DNA from: Trichosphaerium sp. ATCC 40318
Taxonomy: Eukaryota; Protista; Tubulinea
Assembly: GCA_038496445.1 (NCBI GenBank)
Contig: JALMLS010000579.1
Span: forward strand, 1-64,000
DNA: 64,000 nucleotides
Direction: 5' to 3'
Part shown: one piece after another, positions 13,501 to 26,120 of the stretch
How the letters are laid out: the number at the start of each line of letters is the position of its first letter
Numbering within the stretch: the stretch's first letter is position 1
The notes under the pieces: model-generated
The model's database searches: none
What the model was told of the DNA's origin: nothing
What the model saw: the letters and a program-made list of their open reading frames with translations, nothing else
Position numbers and translations under genes: made by a program

Positions 13501-15152
13501 AGATGTCAAGAAGATACGTTGATATAATCAAGTACGACTTTGTTTGTTTTTGTTAGATTTCTTGGAAAAAAGAAGGAAAAAAATAGACTAAAGTAGTTTC
13601 GTTAATTGGTATTGTTTAGAAAGATTGAAGACTATATCGCAAAGAAGAAGGCTCGTGTCAAAGTTAGAGATAACATTCTACGTATATCTTGGAGCACTCT
13701 TGTAGATACCTCAAAGAAAGGTATAAACTTTTTTTTTTTGTTTTTCGTTAACAAAGTTAAAGGACGTTGGTGGCTGTTCGAAGATGCTGCAGATAAAGAG
13801 CCTCAAAACGCAGTAGGAAAGAAAAAAAGAGTAATGACAGATAACAAGGTACACACCAAGTAGAATCTGAATTGAACTACTGTGCACCTGCTATGTAGCA
13901 AGGTGTTTTGTCTTTCATACAAAAAAAAAAAAGAGTTCGACACCTTTTGTTGTTAAACTAAGTATGGCTAGTTGTTGGCTCTGGCGCGAAAGCATAGAAT
14001 GAACACTGATATTAGAAGATCTATATTCTTCATTATAATGAGTGCAACAGACTTTGTAGAGTGTTATGAGAAGATAACAAATCTTGCTGTTAAGAATAAT
14101 CAAACACGTGAAGTTGTTTTTGTTATTCTTCATTGTTTACTTCAGGTACGCTTCAAGCTTTAAACTTTTAAAAGAACCCACCGCACCACTCAACTTATTT
14201 TTTAATCGACACAACTATGTGATAGACGCTATACACTCATTGTTGAAAACGCATGTCTGTTTTGTGAAAACTTTTTGATGCAATTGTTTTTGTCTTTTTT
14301 TTGAAATTCTGTGTTGTCTTTGAAGTATCGAACCAACTAATAATAGTATGCTAAAAACATATATTTTTGAGATACTTTTCATAAGTCAAAAAACTTTTAT
14401 GGATGTTGCGATGGCTGAAACAAGTCAGTTTTTGATTTTTTTTTGAGCTGCTGTTTGTTATGGTGTTTTCGACTTTGTTTGTAGTTCTTTATGTTAACTT
14501 TGATATTAGGAGAAAAAACGCAACAAGTTCTATCCATTAGTTGCAAGCAAGCTTTGTCTAAGCCGATCAAAATTTAGGGTAAAGTAGTTTAGACTTTGTC
14601 ATTCAAATAGTTTTCTTACTTTTTTCTTAGACTGATTTTACGTATCAACTTTGGGGCAATTTCAAGAATGTCAAGGACCTCTTGCCTATGCAGATTCAAA
14701 ACCTTGCTTCACTAACAGCTTATTTGATTGCCACACGTGCTATAGATATTACAATATTTAAGGTAAGCGCTAAAGAGCTCATCCGTTGAAACTTTACATT
14801 TATTTTTTTTATCTTTGTAGGTTGTTGATTTTGAAGATTTATGCGGTAAAGGCGTACTATGTTACCGTCTCATCTTTAAAGATTTGTTCAATCAAATAGA
14901 ATTCAAGACAATACAACCTATGTTCTCTGTTGTTTTATCAATGAGAGATGAAGGTATGAGTCTTGCAACGAGGCTCATGTACTTTTTTAAAGTTGGTATG
15001 TTGAAACTTTTATCTTTTCTCAGATGTTGTTTTATAGATAGACTACTCACTTTTTTATAGCTTTATTGCCTTCTTTGAAGAATGATGAAGCTAGTAAAGG
15101 TATAAAGCAAAAGATAGCAGAAGCTGCTACAGCTATGACAAGAACTAGGTAA
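10581..15152 (+). CDS. NOM1: Nucleolar MIF4G/MA3 domain protein NOM1/Sgd1, multi-exon
   Basis: GKYVPPHVRK..LKRVVRRHLNKVSETN (MIF4G start), GRWWL, and ARKHRMNTDIRRSIFFIIMSATDFVECYEKI..REVVFVILHCLLQE (MA3). Long basic/acidic low-complexity N-terminus. The start exon is less certain. Confidence 0.88.
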
Positions 15153-15492
15153 AAAAAAAACACCCAAAAAAAAAAAGTCAAAATAAAGAAAAGAAAACTC
15201 TAAACCCTACTTTTGTACCACATTATTGTGCTATTTAGCATATTATCGTCAGAATTGTCGAGTTGGAGAGAGTCCACAAGAACGTTTCATGTAGCATTCA
15301 AAGCTATTAGCAGTCTTCATCGTTCCTTTTGTCCGGAAAGAAGGCAGCTGTAAGAGTTAAAAATATAACACCTCCGAGTTCACGGAGTGTGATTCCCTTG
15401 TATTGTACACCGTCCGGAGATCACTATCTGAAGGGAATAAATAAGATAACCACTCCTCTTCCGTACTCCTTGGATATAAACCTCCCACAGCC

Positions 15493-16981
15493 ATGGACAT
15501 AGCGCCTGACTTCACAACCGCCCAGGATAACAGGTAAAACAAAGTAATAAATGTATTTTAACTAAAACAATAGCGGTAGTGCTAAAACATTGTTATTGGA
15601 TCTACCAATAGAGATTTTAGCAAGTATTCTCTTGTTTACAACGAAATCACGATTTACAGCTTGTCAAACATGTCATCTCCTTTCTTCTATCATACATGAC
15701 ATCATAGGATACTATAGAGTCAGTATAACAACAAACGAACAAGCACTTGAAGTTATAAAACACAAGGGTATCATTAAACACACAAATATCCGGTTAGTTA
15801 ATGATTTACGAAACGGGTTTCCTTGTGACAGTCTTCTGGAAAAATTTAAAGGAGTTCACACAATTGACCTTCGTAAAACTAAGGTATCACGTGAAGGTGT
15901 TAAATGGCTTGCAGGAGTTCATACAATTAACCTTTATCAAACTTCTATAGATGATAAAGCAGTGAAAGCACTTGCTGGTGTTCATACTATAAACCTTGGT
16001 TGTACAAGTGTATCAGATGATGGTGTGATCGCACTCGCTGGTGTTCATTCTATAAATCTAGGAAGAGTTTCGCGTATTACGGATAAAGCAGTGATTGCAC
16101 TTGCTGGTGTTCATACTATAGACCTTCATGGTATAAACGAAGTGACAGATGAAGGGTTAAAGGCTCTTGCTGGTGTCCATACCATAAAACTTAGAAATTC
16201 TAAAGTTACAGATGAAGGTATTAAGTATCTTGCTGGGGTTCATGAAATCTCACTTTATAGATGTTCGTCAATAACAGATAAGGGTATAAAAGCACTTGCT
16301 GGTGTTCATACTATAGACCTTGGTAATACAAGTGTAACAGATGATGGTGTGATCGCACTCGCTGGTGTTCATACGATTCATTTGAATTGGACTAATGTAA
16401 CAGACAAAGGAGTTGAAGCTCTTGCTGGTGTTCATTCCATTAGTCTTCTACATACTGACGTAACTGACAAAGGTATTGAAGCTCTTGGTGGTGTTCATAC
16501 AATTCATCTCTATGGTTTAAAAGTTACAAATAAGGGCATCAAAGCTCTTGCTGGCGTTCACACCATTCATCTTCATGATTGCCATAATTTAGGTATTGAA
16601 GGAATAAAGGCTCTTAAGGGTGTCCATGAGATTAAATTTAGTAATGGTGGCATTGAAAGAACGACAAGAAAGGATGAAATTCTTGAGTACCTTTGTGATG
16701 TACACACAGTAGGCATTGAAAGTAACCAGGAATCATTTACAGATGATGGAATCAAAGCGTTAACTAATGTCAAACATCTTCATCTTGTTTATAGTGGTTT
16801 TACAAACTCAGGTTTGAAGACATTAGTTAACTTGGAACAACTTGTGTTAAATGACTGTTACAAGATTACTGGTGATTGCTTCAAGCATTTGAAATCTCTG
16901 AAAAGTATTACTGTACTGGACTGTGAAAAAATTTCAGAAGAGGCTGTCAAGTCAATGGGTATTAGATATACCTATGAGTAG
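15493..16981 (+). CDS. F-box plus leucine-rich repeat protein ('GVHTI' LRR), one short 5' intron
   Basis: ATG 15493 with intron 15534-15573 (GTAAAA...TAG) splices in frame to LLDLPIEILASILLF (F-box). About 15 repeats of 21-22 aa follow (LAGVHTIxLxxxxVTDxGIKA). Confidence 0.9.
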
Positions 16982-17309
16982 AAGGATGGGTATTATACTG
17001 GTCACAAAATAGGTGTTAAATAAAGTATATGCTATATTATTTTGCATACCAGGTACATGGTAGTTCTGTGTACTATCGATTGTGATAGTGTTTCACGCTA
17101 GAGTGGTTCAGGTCGTCAGTAGCATTTAGTTTATATAGAATCAAATAAATGTTGATGTGAAAGCCACAGCGGCAAACAGCAGCACTACGCCTGAAACTTA
17201 TAGCACGGTCATGAAAGTAATATAGAAGGATTGAACTTGGGTCACGTGAACCTGATAAGACGTACAACGTTTTTACATTTTATATTTATATTTATTAAGT
17301 CAACAAAGA

Positions 17310-18950
17310 TTACAAGCAATCCATCTTAAAAATACAACGTTCACCATCACTTGTTGTTCCTTTGAAGTATAATTGCTTATTATAATACTGTAAAGCAAAA
17401 ATATTATCAAGCTTCTTAGTTAAACGAAGTCTCACAATATATCTTTTTGGGGTAGAAAAGAACATTTTATAAATACCTTCAGATTCATGAATAACAGTTG
17501 TACGATCATCTGACCTGCTCTCTGCTAAGCTAAAGTATAAATCACCTATATGATCAAAGGCTATACCAGTAATCCTTATATTATATCCATCAGGTATAAC
17601 AGGATTCCATAGAGTAGATACAACGCCTTTTTTGATTACACGAATAGCAAACTCAACAGCAAAAAAAAGTGTTTCTGTTCCAGGCTTCTTTGCAATGTAC
17701 CCTGGATATAGAATTTGTGATTCTTTTAATGGCCCATTTTTATTCGCTTTCTTCTCAGGATGACCTCCTAAAGGAGAAAATTAAAAAAGATGGAAACCTT
17801 GCAGAAAGAAAATCATGATTTTCTCTTTTTTCTCTTTGTGGTCGCTTATTTGTGTTTTTGAAAAAAAATCACGTGTGTTCCACGTGATGAACGAAAAAAG
17901 TATAAAAAACTATTACCTATAGTCACAACTGTTCCATCTTTGCATAATTTACGTAGACAGTGATTCCAATCATCACAAACTATGATACCGCCATCTGCAT
18001 CAAATACCATTCCAAAAGGGTAATGAAATAATGATTCAAGAGCTTTTCCGTCTTTGTAACCAATAACAGAAGGAACACCTGCTACTGTTTCTATTGTATT
18101 GTCCTTAGCGCTTATCTTACGGATAGTATGATTATAAGAGTCGCTGCAATATATGTTATCTTCATCGTCAAGTAATAAACTATGAGGACAAGTTAATACT
18201 GCTCCTTCAAGAGGACCATCATTGTAAGAATGATCTCCCATAAGATTATGAACATCTGCTTTAATCAACGGTGTTTTAGTCTTTGTTTCCAAGTTAAATG
18301 ATATAAGACTATGTCTACCAAAGTCCGTGTAAAGAAGCTAAATAATGTCAGAAAACCCTGAACGTTAAACAAAGAAGCCAAAGCCGAAATAAGACCAATT
18401 TTTTTTGTTTGTTTTTTGGTTTTTATCACAGCACGTGATTTAGGAATACGCACATGTCCTTTGGAATTGAATACAATACAAGTTGTAATACCAGTATCAG
18501 TTATAAGCAGTTCAACGTTCTTGACAACTAGTCTAGCCTAAAACCAAAATTAAACAAAACGCTATCCATCTTTTTTAAAAAAAGAACCAATTTTCTGCTT
18601 CCAGAAATAGGTTTACTGTGCGTCATTCAAGTTAATTCATGCGTCAACTTTTGTCCTAGAGGAGCGACTATTTTTTGTGGCACTTTGAGAAACATACATT
18701 CAACTTGAATGACACACATAATAAAACGTTGGGGTCGATTGTTTTTTTTGTGTTTTTTTTCTGAAAGAGGCAAGTTTTGCTTGTTGTTGGTTTAAATACG
18801 TTCCTGCATAGGTCTATGTAGAGCCATTACACTTCTGAAGCGTTTGCAGGAAGTAGTAAAGTTTCCAAGGTCTTTAAGGCTCATTTGAAGAAGTACTTCC
18901 AGAACAGCTTCAGGAGGGAGTACGTCAAACGGGCATTCGTCAGACGTTTC
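17310..18950 (-). CDS. F-box plus NHL-repeat beta-propeller protein, multi-exon, start uncertain
   Basis: Exon ~18950-18800 encodes PFDVLPPEAVLEVLLQMSLKDLGNFTTSCKRFRSV (F-box). Downstream DGPLEGAVLTCPHSL..IYCSDSYNHTIRKI..TVAG..GYKDG..FHYPFGM..DDWNHCLRKL are NHL repeats. Confidence 0.78.
18617..18718. repeat. Short inverted repeat/hairpin within an intron
   Basis: GTCATTCAAGTT (18622-18633) pairs with AACTTGAATGAC (18702-18713), extended by flanking TGTG/CACA. Confidence 0.55.
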
Positions 18951-19832
18951 TATTAGAGGTTATAATTAGTTTATTCGATAATATCAATTTAACGAGTGTT
19001 TTATCTACCAGAGAGGGTAATATATCAAATAAACGTCATTCGAGCGTTTGGTTTAATTTTTTTGCTGTTTAAATGGAATTTTCGTTTTAATTGTGTTCCA
19101 AGTGTACCTACTAGTTCCATTTGCATTTAATTCGTATAATTACGTGCTTTTTCAGCGTGTAGACTTAATCAATCTGCAAAGTTTAAGTCTTGGGTACCTC
19201 AGAAATTTGCCTAGCGTTTGTGGATCGAGATTATCGTGTACGCCATCGGACGCCAAAAAAAGTTCTTTTCTGCCACAGGTGCACATATAAGCGCTAGGTT
19301 CCGAAGATCCGGTTCTCCATCTTTAATATACGGCCCTTGTTGATTTCATTTTTTTGGTTGCACATATTTTATTCTGGCTAGGAGCTTAGCAACACATTGC
19401 TTACACCTCTAGATAACTTTGAAGAAACCGTTCGCTCAACAAAGATTTCGGACAATCACATATGCTGAATGGGCGAAGTCGTGTTAACTGCCAATTTGGT
19501 TGACAACATTTTCTAAAGTTTAAGAAATTGTGACAGCAAGGTTTTACAATTTTATTGCCTTGACCTAAATAAATCCGACACAATACAACATAGTATGTTC
19601 TTATTGTAGTATGGCTTACTCAAATTAGCAACACGGGTTATGATAAAACCGTTTAGCTAAAAACGTTGAGTCAAACTGTTACGTGAATGGTTCCTTTCGT
19701 ATTGGATACAAATATCACGTGTTTAACAGTAAAAGGTACTAATTAACCCTTACAACTATTAGAGTGTTCTCACAGCAAACAAACATAGGAACTCACATTA
19801 AAAGTCACCAAACAGACCGTCAATCCTCAAAC

Positions 19833-20981
19833 ATGAGCCTCTTAACAGCGTCCGGAGACTTGTTTAATTATATCGTTAGCATTACCGTAAAGGAAGCAAT
19901 TGCGTTCTACGAGAGTTTCCAAACACCACAGGAACCCCTACGCACGCGTGAGGATACCAGAAGAGCTTCTAAACAAGATAAACAACGAGATGAGTTAATT
20001 GAAGATTGGGTAGATTTAATACCTAAAACAGAAGACGCTTCGCAGATCACGTGTATTAAAGATATTCCTGTGGAAATCATGACGAGAATTCTACAATCTC
20101 TTTCGGCTAAAAGTAGATTGGATGCTTCTCTCACGTGTTGGCACTTCGCTCTTGTCATACACCACTACATTGGCTTTGGTAAGACTACCTTGGGAGAAGA
20201 AAAACAGTACAAACAATACGTCAAAACAAAGGAGAACAGCAAAGTCTTACCGCTCCCTTCTCAATGCGTGACGTCGAAGCTTTTGTATGACTTGTCTAAT
20301 GTTCATACTGTCAAAGTACCTTATTCTAAGGTAACTGATTCAGGGATAAAAGCTCTAGCACGTGTGCCTGTTGTAGATTTGTCGTTTTGTTTTCATATTT
20401 CTGATGAAGGTGTTTCATCTCTTTACGGCGTTGACGACTTAAATCTAGCAGGTTGCACTCAGCTATCTGATGACGCTATTATTGATCTTGGAGGTATACA
20501 TACAATCAATCTCGCTGGATGTATAAACATTACAGATAAGGGGTTTAAAGCGCTTGCTGGTGTTTATGATATCAACCTTCAAAATACAAATATTTCAGAT
20601 GAAGGCATTAAAGCTCTTTGTACAGCTCAGGTGATTGATCTAGCCAACTGCGAGTTTATAACCGATGATGGTGTATCATCCCTGTGTGATGTAGGATCGA
20701 TTAATCTAAGTCATTGCACGCAGATTACGGATGTTGGCGCTAGCGCACTTCAAAGTGCTGAACATATCAACTTATTAGGATGCCAACAAATCACAGATAA
20801 AACGATTAACTCACTCGTTTGTGTATCAATCTTGTGTGTTGGAGATTGTCCTAATATAACAAGAGAAGGACTGAAAATCTTAGGGAATGGTGTACACATT
20901 TCTTTTGATGAAATCAGTTTAGCAGGATGGAAAGACTATGTAGAACTTGTTGAATACCAATATTTTTGGCAATGGTTTTAA
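19833..20981 (+). CDS. F-box plus LRR protein, intronless
   Basis: IKDIPVEIMTRILQSLSAKSRLDASLTCWHF (F-box), then LxxVxxINLxGCxxITDxG repeats. First ATG at 19833. Confidence 0.88.
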   Translation: MSLLTASGDLFNYIVSITVKEAIAFYESFQTPQEPLRTREDTRRASKQDKQRDELIEDWVDLIPKTEDASQITCIKDIPVEIMTRILQSLSAKSRLDASLTCWHFALVIHHYIGFGKTTLGEEKQYKQYVKTKENSKVLPLPSQCVTSKLLYDLSNVHTVKVPYSKVTDSGIKALARVPVVDLSFCFHISDEGVSSLYGVDDLNLAGCTQLSDDAIIDLGGIHTINLAGCINITDKGFKALAGVYDINLQNTNISDEGIKALCTAQVIDLANCEFITDDGVSSLCDVGSINLSHCTQITDVGASALQSAEHINLLGCQQITDKTINSLVCVSILCVGDCPNITREGLKILGNGVHISFDEISLAGWKDYVELVEYQYFWQWF

Positions 20982-21552
20982 GAAACGACTTTGTGGTTTT
21001 CTAAGTCGCTAAAACAACACGCGTATAAAATTTGTGAATAAAATTAAAAGGTGTTATGTACCCAATTCCCAAATTGTTTTTGAGACATGTAAAAGCAAAG
21101 AGAAAACTGACTGGTAACAGAAGGTCAAGAACAAAACAAGTCAAACACGATTGTTTATACGTCTCGGTTTAATGTTCTACTAGGGTATATGGCACTCGTG
21201 CAAGGCAATGATGGTTTAACCAAGACAACCATATGCTATTAAGGAGCGCAGAGATCATGGATGCCGTAAACTTAAAGTGAAGGAATATTTCTTTTGAATC
21301 GCGATCTGTAAGATATTAATCAAGCTTTAGATCCGCTGACAATTGGAGTCATTGTGAGTGGGTGTACCGATTGAGGGGTTAATAGTATTATTCTATTATA
21401 GTCACGTGATAGGGCAATAGCTTTGGTTCTTAAAATTGTTTTGTTCAAAGGTTGCTGGGATAGAATATTTCACCAGAATTTAACTAAGACCAACTTTGAC
21501 GTTCGATGCTAAGGCAACGTTACAATCAAAGTCGCCAATATACTCTAACGCA

Positions 21553-22857
21553 ATGGCTAGTGTGCAATGCGATGACATACGCTCTTGTTTCGTTGAAACA
21601 ATACCAACAGAGCTCATTGTTGCTATTTTTGAGTATACTCTGGACATAGAGCGATATCCGCTTGCTCACACGTGCTGGCTGTTCTATAATATTATTCACA
21701 GCCACATTGGTTACGGTGAAATCGTTATAAGGTCTTCAGAGTCATTACAGCTTTTACTCAGCCAGAAATCGCTTTTAAACAACACTCTTATATCATTCCA
21801 AGAGTACGAGGCCACAGACGAGGAAATAAGCTCATTGGCAGGTGTTAAATATTTATCAATTTGGCAACTGCAATTGACCAATAAGTGCCTAGAGGCACTT
21901 GCTGGTATTAAGGAAATAGATATATACGGGTGTAAAAAGATTACAGATGAAGGTATTCAATTCTTGTCGGGTGTACATACAATAGATGTGAGCTATATGA
22001 GACAGTTGACTGATAAGTCATTAGAAGCTATTTCGGGCGCTTACAAAGTAGAAATTTCTGGTTGTAATCGTATCACTGATGATGGATTAAAATCACTTGC
22101 TGGAGTTCATTATATAGATTTACAAGGTTGTAAAGTTACTGATGTTGGTGTGAAATCACTTGCTGGAGCTCACACAATAATATTGTCTGGTTGTCAAAGT
22201 ATTGATGGATCTTGTTTTGAACACTTGGCGAAAGCTAAAAATAGAAAAGGCAAAATATGTCTGCACATGATTGATATTGGTTGTTGTGAGGGTGTTAATT
22301 TCGATCATGTGAAACAATTATCTGGTGTACATGAAATTAGTTTACGATCCTTGTCCATCAAAGATGAAGATATAATACCTCTTGTTGGTGTAAACGTACT
22401 TGACTTGAATAATTGTAACAACGTAACTGTAGATTCAATAGCATCTTTTTCTGGTATTCACAGCATCGATTTAAAAATGTTATTCATACAAGACTCATGG
22501 CTTGAATATTTATCAGGAGTACACACGATAGTCTTAAGCAATTGCAAAGGTTTTACTGATAATGGATTGAGATCACTTGCAGGAGTTCATACTATTTACT
22601 TATCTTGTTGCAGTGATGTCACAGATGAAGGTGTCATTCACCTAGCTGGTGCACATACAATATGGTTGCGTGGATGTTCTAAGATAACAGATAGAGGTGT
22701 TAAAGCTCTTGCAGGTGTTCAAGCAATAAGTCTGAAAAGCTGTTCTCTTGTAACAGATGAAGGGATATCCGCTCTTAAAGGTGCTTTTAGAATAATTATA
22801 GAGGGTACAAAGTGTACAAAAGATGCTGTCATTGCTTTGGGTGCACAATTTTATTGA
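21553..22857 (+). CDS. F-box plus LRR protein, intronless
   Basis: VETIPTELIVAIFEYTLDIERYPLAHTCWLF (F-box), then about 14 LAGVHTIxLxGCxxITDxG repeats. Confidence 0.9.
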   Translation: MASVQCDDIRSCFVETIPTELIVAIFEYTLDIERYPLAHTCWLFYNIIHSHIGYGEIVIRSSESLQLLLSQKSLLNNTLISFQEYEATDEEISSLAGVKYLSIWQLQLTNKCLEALAGIKEIDIYGCKKITDEGIQFLSGVHTIDVSYMRQLTDKSLEAISGAYKVEISGCNRITDDGLKSLAGVHYIDLQGCKVTDVGVKSLAGAHTIILSGCQSIDGSCFEHLAKAKNRKGKICLHMIDIGCCEGVNFDHVKQLSGVHEISLRSLSIKDEDIIPLVGVNVLDLNNCNNVTVDSIASFSGIHSIDLKMLFIQDSWLEYLSGVHTIVLSNCKGFTDNGLRSLAGVHTIYLSCCSDVTDEGVIHLAGAHTIWLRGCSKITDRGVKALAGVQAISLKSCSLVTDEGISALKGAFRIIIEGTKCTKDAVIALGAQFY

Positions 22858-23409
22858 TTCATTGTGCATCTATTTCACGAGTAACAATACCACGGTCCCA
22901 ATGTACTCATTCATTTTAAATAAAACTAAGTTTTATTCTAAATGCTGTTCCATTGTTTGCAAGTAAATCTAATAGCATGCCAGTCATTTAAATGTAAAGC
23001 TTAGACTAGGTTGTTGTAAAACGAGTTGAAGCAGGGTGTCACAACTGACTATTATTTGTAGTCTGCCAGTTGCTGTAAACGACCTTTTCAAAGGCCGCTC
23101 TTGATTATCAACTATCACGTGCATTTTTGCAATATTACTTATAGAGCTACATTGGAACATATCAGTGGATTGCTTGTGTACTCTAACGGGTCGCCTGTTC
23201 AAGCCAACGAGAAATAATAGCTCTTAGGGCGTTGAGAAACCTGCTTTCGCTAACTTATGAAACCAGTTCTCCTAATTAAGGTAACAGTCATCGTCATTAC
23301 ACAAGTCTTTGACGTCAAAAGATTCGGATCTTAAACGGTTTCTTCCGTTAAATTATATAAACAACAAGAGCTACGTTTAGCTACGCTTTGACTAGTAACT
23401 ACAGAAGCG

Positions 23410-25949
23410 ATGTACACCAACGATGCTGTTAAAAAAAGAAAACGCAAACGAACAAAGCTGGTTTGCGATTTCTGTCGTAAGAAACACATAAGATGTAGTG
23501 GGCCGCCTCAATGCGAGACGTGTGTTTCCAGAGGGCTTGTTTGCCTCTATTCTGGCGTATCATCAACTAATAATGCTTGTACGTCGTTTCGCTGTACCGT
23601 TTGCGTTTTTTTTTTCGTCCGAAACGTAGAGCTGACAGATAAAGTGCTTAAATCGGCATTGGCGGACAAAGAGAAAGAAGCAGAGCACTGGCGACTGAAA
23701 TTCGTTAAAATTAAAAATAAACAAAAAGAACAAGCTAAAACTGAAGCCAAAGCACAAGAAGCATACGGCGGTGATACGTTAAAGGTAACAACCTCCTCTG
23801 TAACCTTTTTTTGAACTTGAACGTTATTTTTGGCTCACATGAGAGGTGACTTAACCGTTTAAGTTTTTGAAGCGGTGACCTCTAGTTACATACTACAAGC
23901 CTAACATGTTTCTACTTTCTCAGGTTACAGCATGGTCTTTGTCAGCGCAGCTTGCCAATGCCTCAGATGTTTCAAGATGGCTGCACACTTATGACAGTAC
24001 ACTATACCAAAACTATGTACGGCAATCTTAAAACTATAAAGAGTTTCGCATTTTTTTCTTCTTTATTTCGTCGTACTAATTTTTCACGAGCTTGCACCAA
24101 TCGGACACTGGAATGCCACTGACATTGTAGAATCATTCGCTGACTACTCTGGTACTGTTTTATTAGCATCAAATCTACTTTCCTTACCATTCTATACAGC
24201 GTGGTCTTCACAGCCATATTCTTTTGAGCTCCTTGGTATCTTAGCCCTTGGTGCGAGAATAGGGGGTTATGAACAACAAGCTCATTATTTACATACAACC
24301 GCAGTAAGAATGTATAAAGATAGCCTTTATCATCCTGCAACAGCGTGTACAAGTTTTGTGCTTTGTAATTGTTGTTTATGTTTCGTTTTAGCTGGTTTGG
24401 TATTGCTTGGAGATTATGATGCTTTGATAGGAGATGTGGAAGCATTTAAAAAAAGACATGTATTAGCTTTAGGTAAGTAGTAGGAGAACGTTTTCAACAA
24501 CTCATAAAGGGCAGACATTAAAGTGTTTGGAATTTGAGCTACTGTTAAACTCTATATTCATAACATTTCTGTTACTCAAGACTTAGTACCTGTTTTTTTG
24601 CATGCAAATTCCGATGTGCCTTTTTGAAGTCATTGTTTGACCTAAATTTTCTATTATGTAGATATGGTTGAAGAACTTAAACATGACCCAAAATACAGCA
24701 CTTGGAAATCACTATCCAAACACGGATATGTTACGAGTATGGTACGAAGAATAGAACTACTTTCGGCAAATTTCTTCTTGGATAGGTACTTCCTTTGTAG
24801 TTTCTTTTGCACTTTCTGTAACTGTTATTATAGGCAGGCACAGCTCATAGTGTTAAAGAGTGCTGGAATGGAGACAGATCCTTATATTCTACAACGACAG
24901 CCTGTACCAATGACTCTACATTTTTCTTTGGTAGCTTTATGGTGTCTTCTTATCAGAGTAGGGTTTTGTTGTAACGATTGTTTCTTTTTAAAATTATTCT
25001 TTTGTAGATGTGGCTTTCAATATCAACTGTATCACCTCTACTGTTTGTTCAGTTTACAGTACTACCTTGTTATACTATTCAACCTATTGTACGCTTTTTT
25101 CGGATGATACTTTTTGTATTCGGGCACGTGATATCAACTTTGACCACATGTGCTTGGACATCTATGTTCTGGTGTTTTCTAAGTTATTTTTTTTTTGAAA
25201 TATAGAATACAGCCGACTTAGAACGTTTCCAATATGCATTATTTAGAGCGGAAACTTTTATTAATTATAGACTTTGTGATGAACACTTTTCACTTTACAA
25301 AACTTGGAGTTGTATTATTATGTTTGTAAAGGTACTTGTATACTATGCCGGAGGATTATACAGTGGTTCAATTGAGGTACTGAAGCTTGTTTTATTTGCA
25401 ACTAGTGAGCACAGATCAGAAAACAACATTAGTAAAAAATTAGTCAACACCTTTGAGTGGTTTGAGTTTGCATGCTCTTTTTGTTATTTCTTTCTTTAGT
25501 ACAGTTTTCCTTTGTTTTTTTTAACTTTTTTCTATAGGTTGCAAAAGAATGCTTTAAGGCTATGAAAGACAATGAATATATGACAAACTTTGGACCGATA
25601 TCCATGTGCATGCTATTTGATTTATGCCAGATTGCTATTTTTATGAAGCAAGGTGACTTCTTTACTCAGGTACTGCATCGCAAAACAAAAAAAGAAAATA
25701 ATGTTCATAAGCTATGTGAGCGATTGATAGACAAGCTTGTGACTTGGATTTTTCTCCCTTACCCTCTTGTGATTACTAACTTTAGTAGCTGTTTTCGTAC
25801 CTATTTAAAGAATACAACGAGATGAGTAAACCTTACTTGAAGTATGTCCTTTGTCATCTTTTTTTTTTCTTTCTCATACTAGCTTATAATATTTTTTTAC
25901 AAACCAGGTCGCTCCTTTCTTTGGCGAACAATTGCAGTCTACAATATGA
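23410..25949 (+). CDS. Zn(II)2Cys6 (GAL4-type) zinc-cluster transcription factor, multi-exon
   Basis: Basic NLS KKRKRKR, then CDFCRKKHIRCSGPPQCETCVSRGLVC (Cx2Cx6Cx5Cx2Cx6C), a coiled coil and helical downstream exons. The 3' extent is inferred. Confidence 0.8.
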
Positions 25950-26120
25950 AAAAGGAGATATAATTGATAGGTTCTTTGATTGTACTATAAAATTTCGTTG
26001 AGGCTATTGGTCTTGAACTGTACAAAATCTCATGTATTTTAACAAAAAAACCCCAAAACTCTATTGCATAAAATCTGTGGTGTACAGTTTTCTATTTAAA
26101 CATTATGTATTACTCTTTGT

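Noticed and set aside
15965-16372. Diversity-generating retroelement template/variable repeat pair
   Set aside because: Both copies are in-frame coding repeats, the adenine differences are not polarised to one copy, and there is no reverse transcriptase in the window.
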